Source of the DNA: a virus
Lineage: Duplodnaviria > Caudoviricetes
Length of the DNA stretch: 64,000 bases
IMG/VR virus record: IMGVR_UViG_2799112320_000004
Location: 16,908-80,907 of that record
Direction: 5' to 3' (one strand)
Positions 26,585-37,146 of the stretch are shown here, piece by piece; within the stretch, counting starts at the first letter, position 1; every line of letters begins with the position of its first letter. Position numbers and translations under genes: made by a program. Below the pieces are notes generated by a model, which did not search any database, was not told the origin of the DNA, and worked only from the letters and a program-made list of their open reading frames with translations.

Positions 26585-29500
26585 TCAGTCGAAATCGCCA
26601 TCCCAGCCTTCCGCCTCGACCTGCCGCTTCGCCCTTCTGTACATCTTTTCGTCATTCGACATCTTCCTGAGCGTCTTCCCGATCGGATCGAACTCGCTTC
26701 CCATCTTCGCCGCGATGCCCTGCACCTTCTTGAACGCCAGGCCCTCGATGATCTCCGCGTCCTCCTCGGGCAATCCCAGCTCCGCTACCCTCGCCGCGAG
26801 CATCTCGCTGTAGTCGAAGTCCTCGCCTTTCGCCCTCACCGCCTCGATCACCTCGTCCGCCACGCGCTGCGCGGCCGCCCTGAGCGGCGCGCTGTCGTCC
26901 CGCCGGTACTTCTCCAGCCTCCGCGCGATCCGCTCGTTGCCGCCGTTCTGGAATGTGATGAGCCCGCTCGCCGCCGCCGACAGGAACGGTATCGAATGCA
27001 GCGCCTGGAAGATCGTCTTGCCGCCGATCGGCATGCAGCCGGCCTCGCCCTCCTCCGCTCCGCTGAGCGCCCACTGTCCCTGGTCGTCGTACGCCCCCTC
27101 GTCCTCGTCCCAGGTAGTGGCCGGCATGACTACCTGCCCGCCCACGTCGTTCCACAGCTGCTTGCCTACCTTCGTCGCCATGTTGCCCGGATCCGCGAAC
27201 CTCGACTCGAAGTCCGCCTCGCTGTACACCGTGCGCTGCGTGAACGAGTTGTACGGGTTCCACCCGACGAGCGGGCCGATCGCGTCCTGGAACAGCGACA
27301 TGAGCAGTCCCCTTCTCGTGAGGTCCGGCACCAGTCCGCTGTTCAGCACCGTGTTCTGCACCGCCTGCGAGCCCGTGTAGTTCAGGTCCGTCGGCAGCGA
27401 GAATCCCGCCTCCTCGGCGCGCTCAGACCCCAGCAGGCCGTGCGCCAGCAGGTCCACCGCCGGCATGAGCAGCCTGTCCTCGTCGCCGCGCGGCATCGAG
27501 ATCGCGAGCGTGCTCCACTTGCCGTACAACCCGACCGGCACGATGTCGTAGTTTCTCAGACGATAGTCGCTGCAGTTCGCGAGGCCGTGCGCCATGCGCC
27601 GGCCGAACCTCATCAGCCACCCGGCGTTCTTCTGCTTCTCCTCGTCGTCTCCCGCCTCCTCCCCGAGCATCTTTGCGAGGACCGCGTACCCGCCGCCCAT
27701 CCACAGCACGCTCGTCGCGAGGCGCCCGGCGATCCGGCTCGCCGCCTTCGTCCACCAGGCCTTCGGATCGTAGCGCATCGCCTCCAGCGTGCGGTACGCG
27801 CCCTTCATGCCCACGTTCATGAACGGGCCGCACGCGAACTCGATGTAGTTCATCGCGCGTCCCCGGTTCTCGTACCGCGGGCTCCCGCTCATCGTCGCCA
27901 CCTGGTAGGTGATCTCGTCCGCCGACCTCGGCGCCTCCCGTCCCTGCGCGCGCGCCAGCTCCGCCTCGTGCTCCGCCGCGAGGAGCGCGATCAGCTTCAC
28001 GCGCGCCTCCTCGAAGTCGTTGAACCGCTTCACCGTCTCCGCCCGGCGCTGCATCCACCTCTTCACGCGCTTTATGCCGGTCAGCTTCGTGCCGTCTAAG
28101 TTCGTCTCCATGCCCAGCGTGCGCATGAGCTCGTCGATGTCCGTCTTGCCGCTTTCGCCCATGATCTGCTTCCTGACGCCGGCGAAGATCGGCAGCTTCA
28201 TCACGCCCCTGCACTTCTCCACGTCCTCCATGATGCGCTGCGCCTGTGCCGTCTTCCCCTGCCCGGCCAGCCGGTCCGCCTCCGCGATCCTCTGCTGCAG
28301 CAGCTTCGGGTCCTGCATCAGCTTCGCGATCCGCGTCGCCTCCGCCTCGTAGTAGATGTTCGTCTTGTCGCCGTACAGCAGGTTCATCAGGCCGTTGCGC
28401 GCGAACCTGTCCGGCAGGTGCGCCGCCGCGCGCTCCATCAGGAACGTCGCGAGGCGCGCGATCGGACGTAGGCCCACCAGCCCCGCCGCGCCCACGAACT
28501 TCCCCTCGCCCATCCAAGCGATGTTGTTCGCGTTGCTCGCCCGGTTGCGCCAGATGTTGCGCAGCGCGAAACGCGGGCTGTACTGCGTGAGTACCGCGCT
28601 GATCGCCCGGTTGATCTTCACGACCTTGCTCACGCCCTTCGCGTCGTGCTCGAACCCGTCCGCCACGACCTTCGGCATGACGAGCGTCATGCGCCTGCCG
28701 TCCTTCAGGAACGTCACGCTCCCGTACCTGTTGCTCCCCTTCAGACGGCCGCCGCCGCCCCGGTCCTCCATCACCGCGAACCCCTCGAGCCCCAGCGTCT
28801 TCGACGCCTCCGCGAGCGAGCACGCCCAGTGGTTGCGCTGCGCGAACTCGACGATCCGCAGGTCGTTCTCGAGCGTCGCCGCGAGCGGGTCCTTCACCGC
28901 CTTGAGGCTCCCGACGAGCGGCTTCATGAACGAGCTTCCCGACGCGCCGCTGCCCTTGAGCGCGTGCATGTCCATGAGCGCCTCGATCTCCGCGATCACC
29001 GTGCTCTCGCCCGGATGGCGCTTCATCCAGTCCTCGCGCGCGGCCCTGTACGCCTCCACCTCCTCGGCCGTCCACGTCCGCTCGCTCCGCACGTAGCTCG
29101 CGTTCATCCGCCAGTAGCCCACGAGGTCCCGGCCAAACGCCTCCAGCACGAACTCGTTCTCGAGGATGTGCTGCTCGCGGAGCGCCTGGAATCGCTTCGC
29201 CGCCGTCTCGAGACGCGTCCAGCCGTCCGCGCCCAGACGCCCCTCCAAATCCTTCAGCACCTTGTCCGCCTCGCGCTGGTCCATGCCCAGCGCCGCGGCC
29301 TTGCCCTTCTGGTGCATGCCGTCCCGCACGCTCTTCGCGTAGAGATAGCGCCGCAGGTCGTCCAGCTGCACGCCGTCCTTCGCCACCTCGTCCATGATGT
29401 GCTCGGCGAAGTCGAGCGCGTACCTTCTGCCCTTTCCCCCTCCTCTCTGCTTTTCTAGCAGCGCCGCATTTATCTTATTCAGCTCATCCTTCACACTTCT

Positions 29501-32500
29501 GGCCAGCAGATCGTACTTTTCCTTTTCGATCTTCCCCGCCTTCTTCAGACGCTTCAGTTCCGCCAGCTTCTCGCGTACCGCGTCCGTCACCCACATGACG
29601 GCCGGGCCCTCCGTCGAGTCCAATTCCAGCAACAGTCGCGCGCGCGTGCGCTTCCACCAGTTCCCGATCGGCTTGTCCATCTCGGCCAGCAACTCCTTGA
29701 TTGTCGCCTGCTGGTCTGCATCCCACTGCCGCTCGATGTCGCGCATCACGCGCTCGTGCGGACCCTCCGCGTCGCGCGTGCGCCGGAGCGCGTTCCACGC
29801 CTCGGACAGCTTCTCGTTCCCGGCGATCGCCTCCACCATCTTCGCGTACACCTTCGGCGCGTGCGCCTCCAGCCCCACGGGATCCGCCAGGAACATGCCG
29901 AACATCTCCGCCCACAGCTCGCTCGCCGCCACCCCTTCGCTCTTCTTTGCCGTCGGGTCCTTCCTGACGGGATCCTGCTCGCGCCACCACCTCGCGGCCT
30001 CCTGCGCCTCCTTGCCGAGCTCGCCCTTCGTGTCGCCCAGCTCCTTCGAGATGCCCATGCCGAGCTTGCGCAGGTCCTTCAGGCACTGCGGCGCGCCGGC
30101 CGTCGTCGGCAGCTCGCACGCTATGCGCCCGATTTCCTTCGCGAGGATGTTCACGGCGGTGCGGCCGCCGCCGCTCGTCTTGCCCTTGATCCTGGCCTCC
30201 GCGAGCCCCTCCATCTCCTCGGCGAGCGCCTGCTCGCTCAGCTCCTTCATGGCCTTCACTTCTTCGTAGCTGTTGTGCAGCCGCCACGACGGATCCTCGT
30301 TGAGGAACATGCCGTCCTTCTTCAGCCCGGCCTTGACCGCCTCCAGGTCGCTCTTGTCCACGATGCCGAACGCGGCCGCGTTGAGACGCAGCCTGCCGTC
30401 GCGGCCCCTGCCCGCGAGCCACGGCATCTTCTCGAGTATCTTGGGCATGTGCGCGTTCGCCGCGAGCGCGCGGTAGAGGCGCAGTGCCTCGCTGTAGGCG
30501 AGCGTCATGCTGCCGTCCTGCGACGGCCCGGCCTGCCCTTCCCGCTCGAGATAGAGGTTCGCGCCCGCGTCGAAACCGGCCTCTGTGCGCTCGCTCCGCC
30601 CGGCCGCCACGCGCTGCCCTCCGGCGCGCACGGCCCTCAGCACGTCGTCGTACACCTCGTCCCTGCGCTTACCGCCGCGCGCGTAGCGGATGTCTGGATT
30701 TTCCGGATCGAACGTGCCGATGTTGTCCGTTGCGCTCTTGACCTGCGCCCCGCCGTCCAGCGGCACGTAGCTCACGCCTCTGTATTTCACCCCGCTTCCC
30801 GTCGGGTCTCCTCCCTCGTCATAGACGATGCCGTCGTACTTGTCACCGAAGTTCTCGCGCAGGAACTCCCCGTCTACGATCGACGCCTCGCCCCAGTCCA
30901 GCGCGCCCGACTTTCCTTTTATGAATTCGTGGTCCGGGAAGATGCTCTGCAAGTCCTTCAGGCATTCAGGATCCCTGATGTCGAAGGGCCTGCGGATGTT
31001 CAGGTAGTACGCGCCCACCTTTCCGCCGTTGCCCGTGTACCTCTTTGCGTATTCCGGGTCTGCCGTGAAGTATGCCTCCGGCTTGATAACGCCCTTGCCC
31101 GCCTCCTGCGCGAGCGGATCGTACGGCGATCCCCGATACACCACCAGCGGCTCGCCGTTTTCGTCTACGACTTTCGACGCGTTCGCCGGATCCTTCTTCA
31201 CGTCGCCGAAGAATTCCTTGAATTGGCGCGTCTCCGTCTGGCTTGAGATTTTTGCAGCCTGCGCCTTGACCGGCGAACCGGGATCGTGTATACTATGCAC
31301 CAATCCATTCACTTGCTTTCGTTTGGCATACTTTAGCCCTAGGCTTGCAAGTTGTGGATTTGCTTTGGCCAGCGAGGTGAAAACCCTGCTGGTCTTTGCA
31401 TTATCCATGTAGAATACTCCGATATCGCCCTTGCCTTCAGCCTCAATTGCCTCTTTCACAAGTCCTGTCCATGCGTTTCTGCGTCCATGTGCGCTTGTCA
31501 TGACATGTGCCGTTATTTTGCCGCTGTTAATTTCTGGCTCTCCGTTTATAACTATCGGCAGAATCATGTCCCCTTCTGGCGTTGACACAGATGTGATCGC
31601 GACCACACTTGTGTCTTTGCCTTTCTTGGACCTCGACGCTATCACCATCACAGGCTTTTTCAACGCACCAGGGACCTTCTTCAAGTTGTCGCCCAGGCCG
31701 TGCATGTGCCCGCCGATATTCCAGTTCACGCCGTCCTGCTTCGTGAAGTAGCATGTCTCGATGTGGTGCTGCGTCATCATCACAGGCAACTTAACGAATC
31801 CTATTTCCTCTAATGCGCTCGGCGTCTCTCCTACAAACACATAATCGTCAGATATAAGCTTCGCGTTTCTTCCGCCAGCCCTTCTGTTCGCCACGATCTT
31901 GTCAACGGCCTTGTCGAACGGCACTTCGTAATATCGCTGATTCTTCCCTTTCTCGCTGAGTTTCGATACAGGCACCCCGCCCCTGCTGTACCTGATCTCG
32001 CCGTCTGTCCACTTGTGGTCCACGCGGATGTGCTCGTCCGAGAACGCGACGTAGTTCCAGCCCGCCGTGTCGCCGTCCTTCACGCTCTTGCCGCCGTAGG
32101 AGTCGACCGGGTACTTCACGCCGTCGATCCCCGCGCGGTAAAGGAACTCGGAGGCGGCCTGCGGAGAGCCGAGGAGTCTTGACAGGCTTTCGTATATTGC
32201 GTCTCCGCTGTTGCCGTTGTCGGTAATGAAATGCTCCAGGTCGCCGTTGAAGCGAAGCCACCAGGCTCCTTTTAGCTTTTCGCGCAGACCTTCCTTCTCC
32301 GCCTGTGCGATCACCCTGTCCCAGTTGGCGTCGGAAATAGCGTCGTACCACTTCAGCAGGTGGCTCTCGTCGCCCTCCGCCCGGTTCGTGAAGAACGTCT
32401 GCTCGTAGAGGTTGGCTCGCGCCTCGCCGGGTCTTGACTCCCAGCCGCCCTCCTTCAGCTTCTTTAACACGGCCTCTTGTTTCTTGAGGGTGTCTCCTGG

Positions 32501-35500
32501 GATTACTCCAGCACTGACACCTTCCTTAAGGCGCTTCACCAAATCTGCTGACTCTCTTACGGCCCTTCGGACATCGCCCTTCGTCCTTGCGATTTCCCTT
32601 GCTGCCATAACTTCGGCTGAATTGCCGCCCGACAGATCTATTTTCTTGCCGTGCTGAGACACGTCCCAAGCGAAAAATTCTTTAGTGTCCCTGCCTTCAT
32701 TCGCGTATCTATCCGCCACGCTCCTTACATTTGACCCGTACAGCCCCCAGCCGTAGACCTGGCTTCCCTCGCCGGTGCCGATGTGCTTGACGCTCGGCCC
32801 GTCGTCCACGCCGCCCTGCCGCGAGCGGTTCGCGTAGTCCGCCGCCGAGCCCGTGTAGATGCCGCCTATCGACGGCCTGATGTCGCCTTCCGCATTTCCC
32901 CTTCCTTCGCCCAGCCTGCGGCCCTCGAGCATCTGCGCGGTCAGCGCCTCGATCGCCTCCTCGGGATCCATCTTCTCGATCTTCTTCAGGTCGACGCGGT
33001 TGCCGCCCACCGTGCGCGCCATGCCCTTCCACGCCCGCGCGAGCGCGTGCAGCACCTTCCGCCACCACCCGCGCACCTCCGGGCTCTTCGCGAGCAGTTT
33101 CTGGAACCGCTCGCCCATCGTCCGCTCGAACCTCCCGGCGCCGATCTCGTCCATGAGCGCGTCGCCGCTGAAATCTCCGTACGTCTCCTTTATCAGCGCC
33201 TTGAGCTTCTGCGGCGCCCGCGCCGCGTACCGCTTCATCTTGAGCAGCAGGTCCGGGCTGTTCCGCTCCGCCCAGTGCCACACCGCATGCCAGCCGATCT
33301 CGTGCGCGAGCGTCCCGGCGTCCGCGCCTTCGAACAGTACCACCTCGCCCTTGCCCCGGTGGTAGTAGCCCTGCACCTGCCCCTCGGCGTCCTTGATCGG
33401 CTTCGTCTCGCCCGCCGCGCGCAGCGCGGCCTCGGCCTCCTCGGGCGTGCCCGTGCGCACGCGGATCCCGCTCTTCTCGCCGAACAGGCCGTCGACCAGC
33501 CGCTGCCCGGCATCGACCAGCTGGTTTTGCGGGCTTAAGCCCGCCTCCCCGACATTGCTTCTTGCCTCCGCCCGCGCCTTCACGCGCGCGGCCATCAGCA
33601 GGGCCTCGGCCGCATCAGCCGCCGAAACGTCCGCGAACACCAGGTCCACGTCGCCCGCCATCTCCTTCAGCCGCGTGACGAACTGCACCGCCGCGTCGCG
33701 GTTCTCCGGGCGCATCATCTCCTCGCCCGTCATCCCCTCGACGAGCACGATCTCTCGCCCGTCCTCGCTGCGCGTGCGCGTGGCTTTCGCGCCCTCGAAA
33801 CGCACACACCCCACCGATCCGTCCGCCTTCACCGTGGGCTCGGCTGCCTTGTCCGCGCCCGGCGCCGCCGGCGCCTTCGGCAGCCACCCCGACTCATCCA
33901 CCGTCTTGCCTTCCGCCGCCGCCTCCTGGGCCTGCGCCGCGCCCTCGGCCTTGGCCTCCGCCACGCTCTTGATCGTGCCGTCCGGCATCTCCACCATCTC
34001 CGAGTCGGCGTCCACCGCCACGCGCCCGACGGCGCGCTCGCGCGCGGCGCGGATCGCGTCCGCCGCCTCGCGGTCGGTGTAGTCCGGCTTGCGCGCTGCA
34101 AGCTCCGCGATCGCGTCCATGGCCGCGCCCGCCTCCTCCGGCGGCAACTTGCCCGCGATCATGTCGAGGGCCGTGGCCTGCGCCCTCTCGGATGCCTCGC
34201 CGAGCGACTTCTTGCCGAGCCTCTCCGCGCATTCCGCCGCCCAGGCGCGCCCCACCGTGCCCTCCGTGGCCGCGCTCTTCAACGCCTCCGAGCCCTCGTT
34301 CAACACCGTGATCGCGTCCACCACCGGCCTCTCCGGCACGATGCCGTAGCGGTCGCAGTCCTCCTCGCTGCGGATTCCGAGCGCCTCGACGCCGCGCGCG
34401 ATCTCCTCGCGCGTGCCGCGCCCCTCGCGCATGTTCTCCACGGCGTCCAGCGACTCGGCCTGCTGGCGCGTCCAGCCCTGGTCCTCGCGCACCTCGACCG
34501 CCTTGATCTCCTTCACGCCCGCCGCCGCCGCGCCCGCCGCGCGGCTGCGCCCCGTCACCAGCACGCGCGTGCCGTCGTTGCCCACCCACACGATCACCGG
34601 CGGCGCCTTCGCCTGGTCCCACTCGCCGTCCAGCACCGTGCCCTGCTTGAAACTCGTCTCCGTGATCTGGAGCCCTTCGAGCGGCTCCGCCACCGTCGGC
34701 AGCTCGCCGCGCTCCAACGCGTCCAGCATGATCGCCGCATTCTCCGCGCGCGTCTCCCCCTTCGGCAGCTCGTTCCCCTCCGCGTCCCTTTGCACATCCG
34801 CCTCGCGGTTGGCGCGGTAGCCCTCCACCGCGCCCGTGCGCGCATCGAGGATCGTGCCGTCGGCCACCGTGATCGTCGCCCGGCCGTCCTTGCCCACTTG
34901 CCACACGCTGCCGTCGTCGAACTGCACAGCCCCGTTCGGCAGCACGCGCTTCACGTTCTCCGTTCCCTCCATGCCGGCTTCCAGCCATCCCGCGCCGACC
35001 TCCCGCGCCCGCAGCGCCAGCTGTGCCTGCCGGTCCATGATCGGCGCGTAGGTCTTGCGGTTCTGCTCGACCTGGAACGTGATCGCGCCTTCGCCGTTCT
35101 TGCGGTCCGCCCTCCACGCGAGCCACGCGCCCGACTTCCCCAGCGCGTTCACCGCGTGGAACGCGCTCCCGACCAGGAACTCGCTCATCACCGTCTTCGC
35201 CACTTCCCATGCGCTCTTCTTGTGCCAGTTCTGGTCCGTGCCGGCCGTCGCCAACGCCTCGACGCCTTCCTTCGTTGCCGCCACCCCCGCCATCATCGCG
35301 CCGCTCTTCATCGCCTCGAGCGTGAAACGCTTCACGATCTCCGTCTTCGTCAACTGCTCGAACGGCTTCGGCATCGCCATGTTCATCTTCTTCCACGGAC
35401 CCAGCACGCCGAACATCGCCGCCTCTATGCCGCCCTTCGCCGCCGCCGCGAGCTCCTGGCGCCATCCGCCCGGCCCCTCCGGATCCTCCGCCATCTCGGC

Positions 35501-36196
35501 GTAGCCCTTTCCGCCCATGCCCGCCGCCACCACGGCCTGGCCTATCGCCGCCGCCTTCTTCCCGCCCGCGATCGCCCCTACTCCTTTCGCCGCAAGGCCC
35601 ATCCCCTTCATCGCGAACACGCTCTCCGCGAACGAGTTTATCGCCCCCATCGTCTCGTGCGCTCCCTCTATGCCGTCGTACATGCCGCGCTTCTCAAAGA
35701 GGTCCGGCGTCAGGGCGTCCGTTATCTCGTTGAACGAGTCGTGCCAGTCGCCGAGGAAACCGCTCACCGCGTTGCCGTCCGCTCCCACGAGCGACTCCAC
35801 CCCGCGCGCCACGCCGCGCGCGAGGCCGAACCCCACGTCCGCCGCTCCCTTGACCATCCCGCCGAACACCTTGCCCAACGCCGTTCCAATGCCACTTGCC
35901 ACGTTGAGGCCCATGTACGCGAGCGCGCCGTGCTCGCCCGTGGGATCGTCCCAGATTCCGCGCACGCCCGCCTTCGCGTTGTCCCACGTCCAGTAGTCGT
36001 CATCGCGCGCCGCCGTGCTTTCCTCCTTCGACATCACGCCCTTCAGGACGACTCCCGCCGCCTTCGCCTGCTCCACCAGCTCCGGCAGCTCGCTTTTCTT
36101 CGCCGAATACTTCTGGCCGTCCGATCCCTCGAAGTTGTACACCTTCTCCTGCTCTTCCTCTTCCATTTCGCCTTTCCTTTCCTTTCTGGCTTCCAT
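26585..36196 (-). CDS. Giant internal virion polyvalent protein (3203 aa): ParB-like, HExxxH, two ART-like, MuF-C/BECR-like modules, possibly LPD38-like C-terminus
   Basis: Motifs PPVIVW...LVTGRSR, LAHEIGWH, IGTGEGSQVYGWGLY, VGETP..L..IG...LP...HGL, SKVVDENGEPLVVYRG...QVKSATDNIGTFD; start may be ATG 36166. Confidence 0.85.
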   Translation of the reverse strand: MEARKERKGEMEEEEQEKVYNFEGSDGQKYSAKKSELPELVEQAKAAGVVLKGVMSKEESTAARDDDYWTWDNAKAGVRGIWDDPTGEHGALAYMGLNVASGIGTALGKVFGGMVKGAADVGFGLARGVARGVESLVGADGNAVSGFLGDWHDSFNEITDALTPDLFEKRGMYDGIEGAHETMGAINSFAESVFAMKGMGLAAKGVGAIAGGKKAAAIGQAVVAAGMGGKGYAEMAEDPEGPGGWRQELAAAAKGGIEAAMFGVLGPWKKMNMAMPKPFEQLTKTEIVKRFTLEAMKSGAMMAGVAATKEGVEALATAGTDQNWHKKSAWEVAKTVMSEFLVGSAFHAVNALGKSGAWLAWRADRKNGEGAITFQVEQNRKTYAPIMDRQAQLALRAREVGAGWLEAGMEGTENVKRVLPNGAVQFDDGSVWQVGKDGRATITVADGTILDARTGAVEGYRANREADVQRDAEGNELPKGETRAENAAIMLDALERGELPTVAEPLEGLQITETSFKQGTVLDGEWDQAKAPPVIVWVGNDGTRVLVTGRSRAAGAAAAGVKEIKAVEVREDQGWTRQQAESLDAVENMREGRGTREEIARGVEALGIRSEEDCDRYGIVPERPVVDAITVLNEGSEALKSAATEGTVGRAWAAECAERLGKKSLGEASERAQATALDMIAGKLPPEEAGAAMDAIAELAARKPDYTDREAADAIRAARERAVGRVAVDADSEMVEMPDGTIKSVAEAKAEGAAQAQEAAAEGKTVDESGWLPKAPAAPGADKAAEPTVKADGSVGCVRFEGAKATRTRSEDGREIVLVEGMTGEEMMRPENRDAAVQFVTRLKEMAGDVDLVFADVSAADAAEALLMAARVKARAEARSNVGEAGLSPQNQLVDAGQRLVDGLFGEKSGIRVRTGTPEEAEAALRAAGETKPIKDAEGQVQGYYHRGKGEVVLFEGADAGTLAHEIGWHAVWHWAERNSPDLLLKMKRYAARAPQKLKALIKETYGDFSGDALMDEIGAGRFERTMGERFQKLLAKSPEVRGWWRKVLHALARAWKGMARTVGGNRVDLKKIEKMDPEEAIEALTAQMLEGRRLGEGRGNAEGDIRPSIGGIYTGSAADYANRSRQGGVDDGPSVKHIGTGEGSQVYGWGLYGSNVRSVADRYANEGRDTKEFFAWDVSQHGKKIDLSGGNSAEVMAAREIARTKGDVRRAVRESADLVKRLKEGVSAGVIPGDTLKKQEAVLKKLKEGGWESRPGEARANLYEQTFFTNRAEGDESHLLKWYDAISDANWDRVIAQAEKEGLREKLKGAWWLRFNGDLEHFITDNGNSGDAIYESLSRLLGSPQAASEFLYRAGIDGVKYPVDSYGGKSVKDGDTAGWNYVAFSDEHIRVDHKWTDGEIRYSRGGVPVSKLSEKGKNQRYYEVPFDKAVDKIVANRRAGGRNAKLISDDYVFVGETPSALEEIGFVKLPVMMTQHHIETCYFTKQDGVNWNIGGHMHGLGDNLKKVPGALKKPVMVIASRSKKGKDTSVVAITSVSTPEGDMILPIVINGEPEINSGKITAHVMTSAHGRRNAWTGLVKEAIEAEGKGDIGVFYMDNAKTSRVFTSLAKANPQLASLGLKYAKRKQVNGLVHSIHDPGSPVKAQAAKISSQTETRQFKEFFGDVKKDPANASKVVDENGEPLVVYRGSPYDPLAQEAGKGVIKPEAYFTADPEYAKRYTGNGGKVGAYYLNIRRPFDIRDPECLKDLQSIFPDHEFIKGKSGALDWGEASIVDGEFLRENFGDKYDGIVYDEGGDPTGSGVKYRGVSYVPLDGGAQVKSATDNIGTFDPENPDIRYARGGKRRDEVYDDVLRAVRAGGQRVAAGRSERTEAGFDAGANLYLEREGQAGPSQDGSMTLAYSEALRLYRALAANAHMPKILEKMPWLAGRGRDGRLRLNAAAFGIVDKSDLEAVKAGLKKDGMFLNEDPSWRLHNSYEEVKAMKELSEQALAEEMEGLAEARIKGKTSGGGRTAVNILAKEIGRIACELPTTAGAPQCLKDLRKLGMGISKELGDTKGELGKEAQEAARWWREQDPVRKDPTAKKSEGVAASELWAEMFGMFLADPVGLEAHAPKVYAKMVEAIAGNEKLSEAWNALRRTRDAEGPHERVMRDIERQWDADQQATIKELLAEMDKPIGNWWKRTRARLLLELDSTEGPAVMWVTDAVREKLAELKRLKKAGKIEKEKYDLLARSVKDELNKINAALLEKQRGGGKGRRYALDFAEHIMDEVAKDGVQLDDLRRYLYAKSVRDGMHQKGKAAALGMDQREADKVLKDLEGRLGADGWTRLETAAKRFQALREQHILENEFVLEAFGRDLVGYWRMNASYVRSERTWTAEEVEAYRAAREDWMKRHPGESTVIAEIEALMDMHALKGSGASGSSFMKPLVGSLKAVKDPLAATLENDLRIVEFAQRNHWACSLAEASKTLGLEGFAVMEDRGGGGRLKGSNRYGSVTFLKDGRRMTLVMPKVVADGFEHDAKGVSKVVKINRAISAVLTQYSPRFALRNIWRNRASNANNIAWMGEGKFVGAAGLVGLRPIARLATFLMERAAAHLPDRFARNGLMNLLYGDKTNIYYEAEATRIAKLMQDPKLLQQRIAEADRLAGQGKTAQAQRIMEDVEKCRGVMKLPIFAGVRKQIMGESGKTDIDELMRTLGMETNLDGTKLTGIKRVKRWMQRRAETVKRFNDFEEARVKLIALLAAEHEAELARAQGREAPRSADEITYQVATMSGSPRYENRGRAMNYIEFACGPFMNVGMKGAYRTLEAMRYDPKAWWTKAASRIAGRLATSVLWMGGGYAVLAKMLGEEAGDDEEKQKNAGWLMRFGRRMAHGLANCSDYRLRNYDIVPVGLYGKWSTLAISMPRGDEDRLLMPAVDLLAHGLLGSERAEEAGFSLPTDLNYTGSQAVQNTVLNSGLVPDLTRRGLLMSLFQDAIGPLVGWNPYNSFTQRTVYSEADFESRFADPGNMATKVGKQLWNDVGGQVVMPATTWDEDEGAYDDQGQWALSGAEEGEAGCMPIGGKTIFQALHSIPFLSAAASGLITFQNGGNERIARRLEKYRRDDSAPLRAAAQRVADEVIEAVRAKGEDFDYSEMLAARVAELGLPEEDAEIIEGLAFKKVQGIAAKMGSEFDPIGKTLRKMSNDEKMYRRAKRQVEAEGWDGDFD

Positions 36197-36297
36197 TGCG
36201 CGGGCCCCCTTGCCCGCGCCGCGATCTGCGGGCGTTTAAGCCCACCTCCCTATCTCGCCCTCCCTCTCGCCTTTGATTTCCACCTTCACGCTTGCTC

Positions 36298-37095
36298 CTA
36301 ATTGCTGACAAACCTTGTATCTATTCTCGGCTTGCCAGGCATCTGGCTTTTAAGGCGCTCGTCTATTATTTTCGCGGCCTCCGCCTCCGTATATCTCGGC
36401 TTGCCATGCACCTTGCTCGAATTGATCAGCTGCGTGATCATCGCCGATCTCCTCTCCGCGAAGTCAAGCGCCGTCTTCTCGTCCACATTCCTTTGCTTCA
36501 TCATGTTCTCCGCAAACGTCCGCGCCTCCTGCGCCCGCGCCTGAATCGCTGCCGCCTCCGTCGTCCCCTCCTTTCCGATCCGCGCCACTTCTTTCGCCAC
36601 GTCGCCTTTATCCTTGCTTATCCTCTCTTCACTCGACGTGTTGATGCCCGCGATCTTCTCTGCGCTCGCCGTGTTTATGCCTGCAACTTTCTCCGCGCTT
36701 GCCGCCTGGACCTCCGCCGTGCGGATCGCGGCATCCTTGTTGAACTCCGCTGCCTCCCTGCCCTGTTCGGCCATGCCCCAGCGCCTCTGCCTCGCCTCCT
36801 CCTCCCGCGTCGCCAGCTCCTTGCCCAGCCTTTCCATCTCATGTTCGCGCGCCGCCCGCATCTCCGCGTCGCGCATCACTGCATGGCGGTAGTTCGTGTT
36901 CGCCTCCGCCCCAGGGTTCGCAAGTACATTCAGCCGCTTGCGCTCCATCGCCTCCTCGTGCGCCTTCTTGAACACATGGTTCTGCCTTTCCTGCTCCGTC
37001 ATCCCAATCGTAAATCCTGCTTTCGCCGCCCTGTCACGCAACTCGCGCTGCTTTTCCAGCTTTTCCACCATCTCTTCATTCAGCCATTTTGCCAT
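36298..37095 (-). CDS. Probable internal virion/ejection protein with 11-aa repeats
   Basis: A-rich AGGAG RBS; helical; precedes the giant gene. Confidence 0.6.
   Translation of the reverse strand: MAKWLNEEMVEKLEKQRELRDRAAKAGFTIGMTEQERQNHVFKKAHEEAMERKRLNVLANPGAEANTNYRHAVMRDAEMRAAREHEMERLGKELATREEEARQRRWGMAEQGREAAEFNKDAAIRTAEVQAASAEKVAGINTASAEKIAGINTSSEERISKDKGDVAKEVARIGKEGTTEAAAIQARAQEARTFAENMMKQRNVDEKTALDFAERRSAMITQLINSSKVHGKPRYTEAEAAKIIDERLKSQMPGKPRIDTRFVSN
36635..36700 (-). repeat. 33-nt tandem repeat encoding SAEK(V/I)AGINT(A/S)
   Basis: Two clear units plus a degenerate third (SEERISKDK). Confidence 0.8.
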
Positions 37096-37146
37096 TTTCT
37101 CTTCTCCTTTTTTTGTTGTTGCTGAAAACTTTTCAACCTTTCCACC

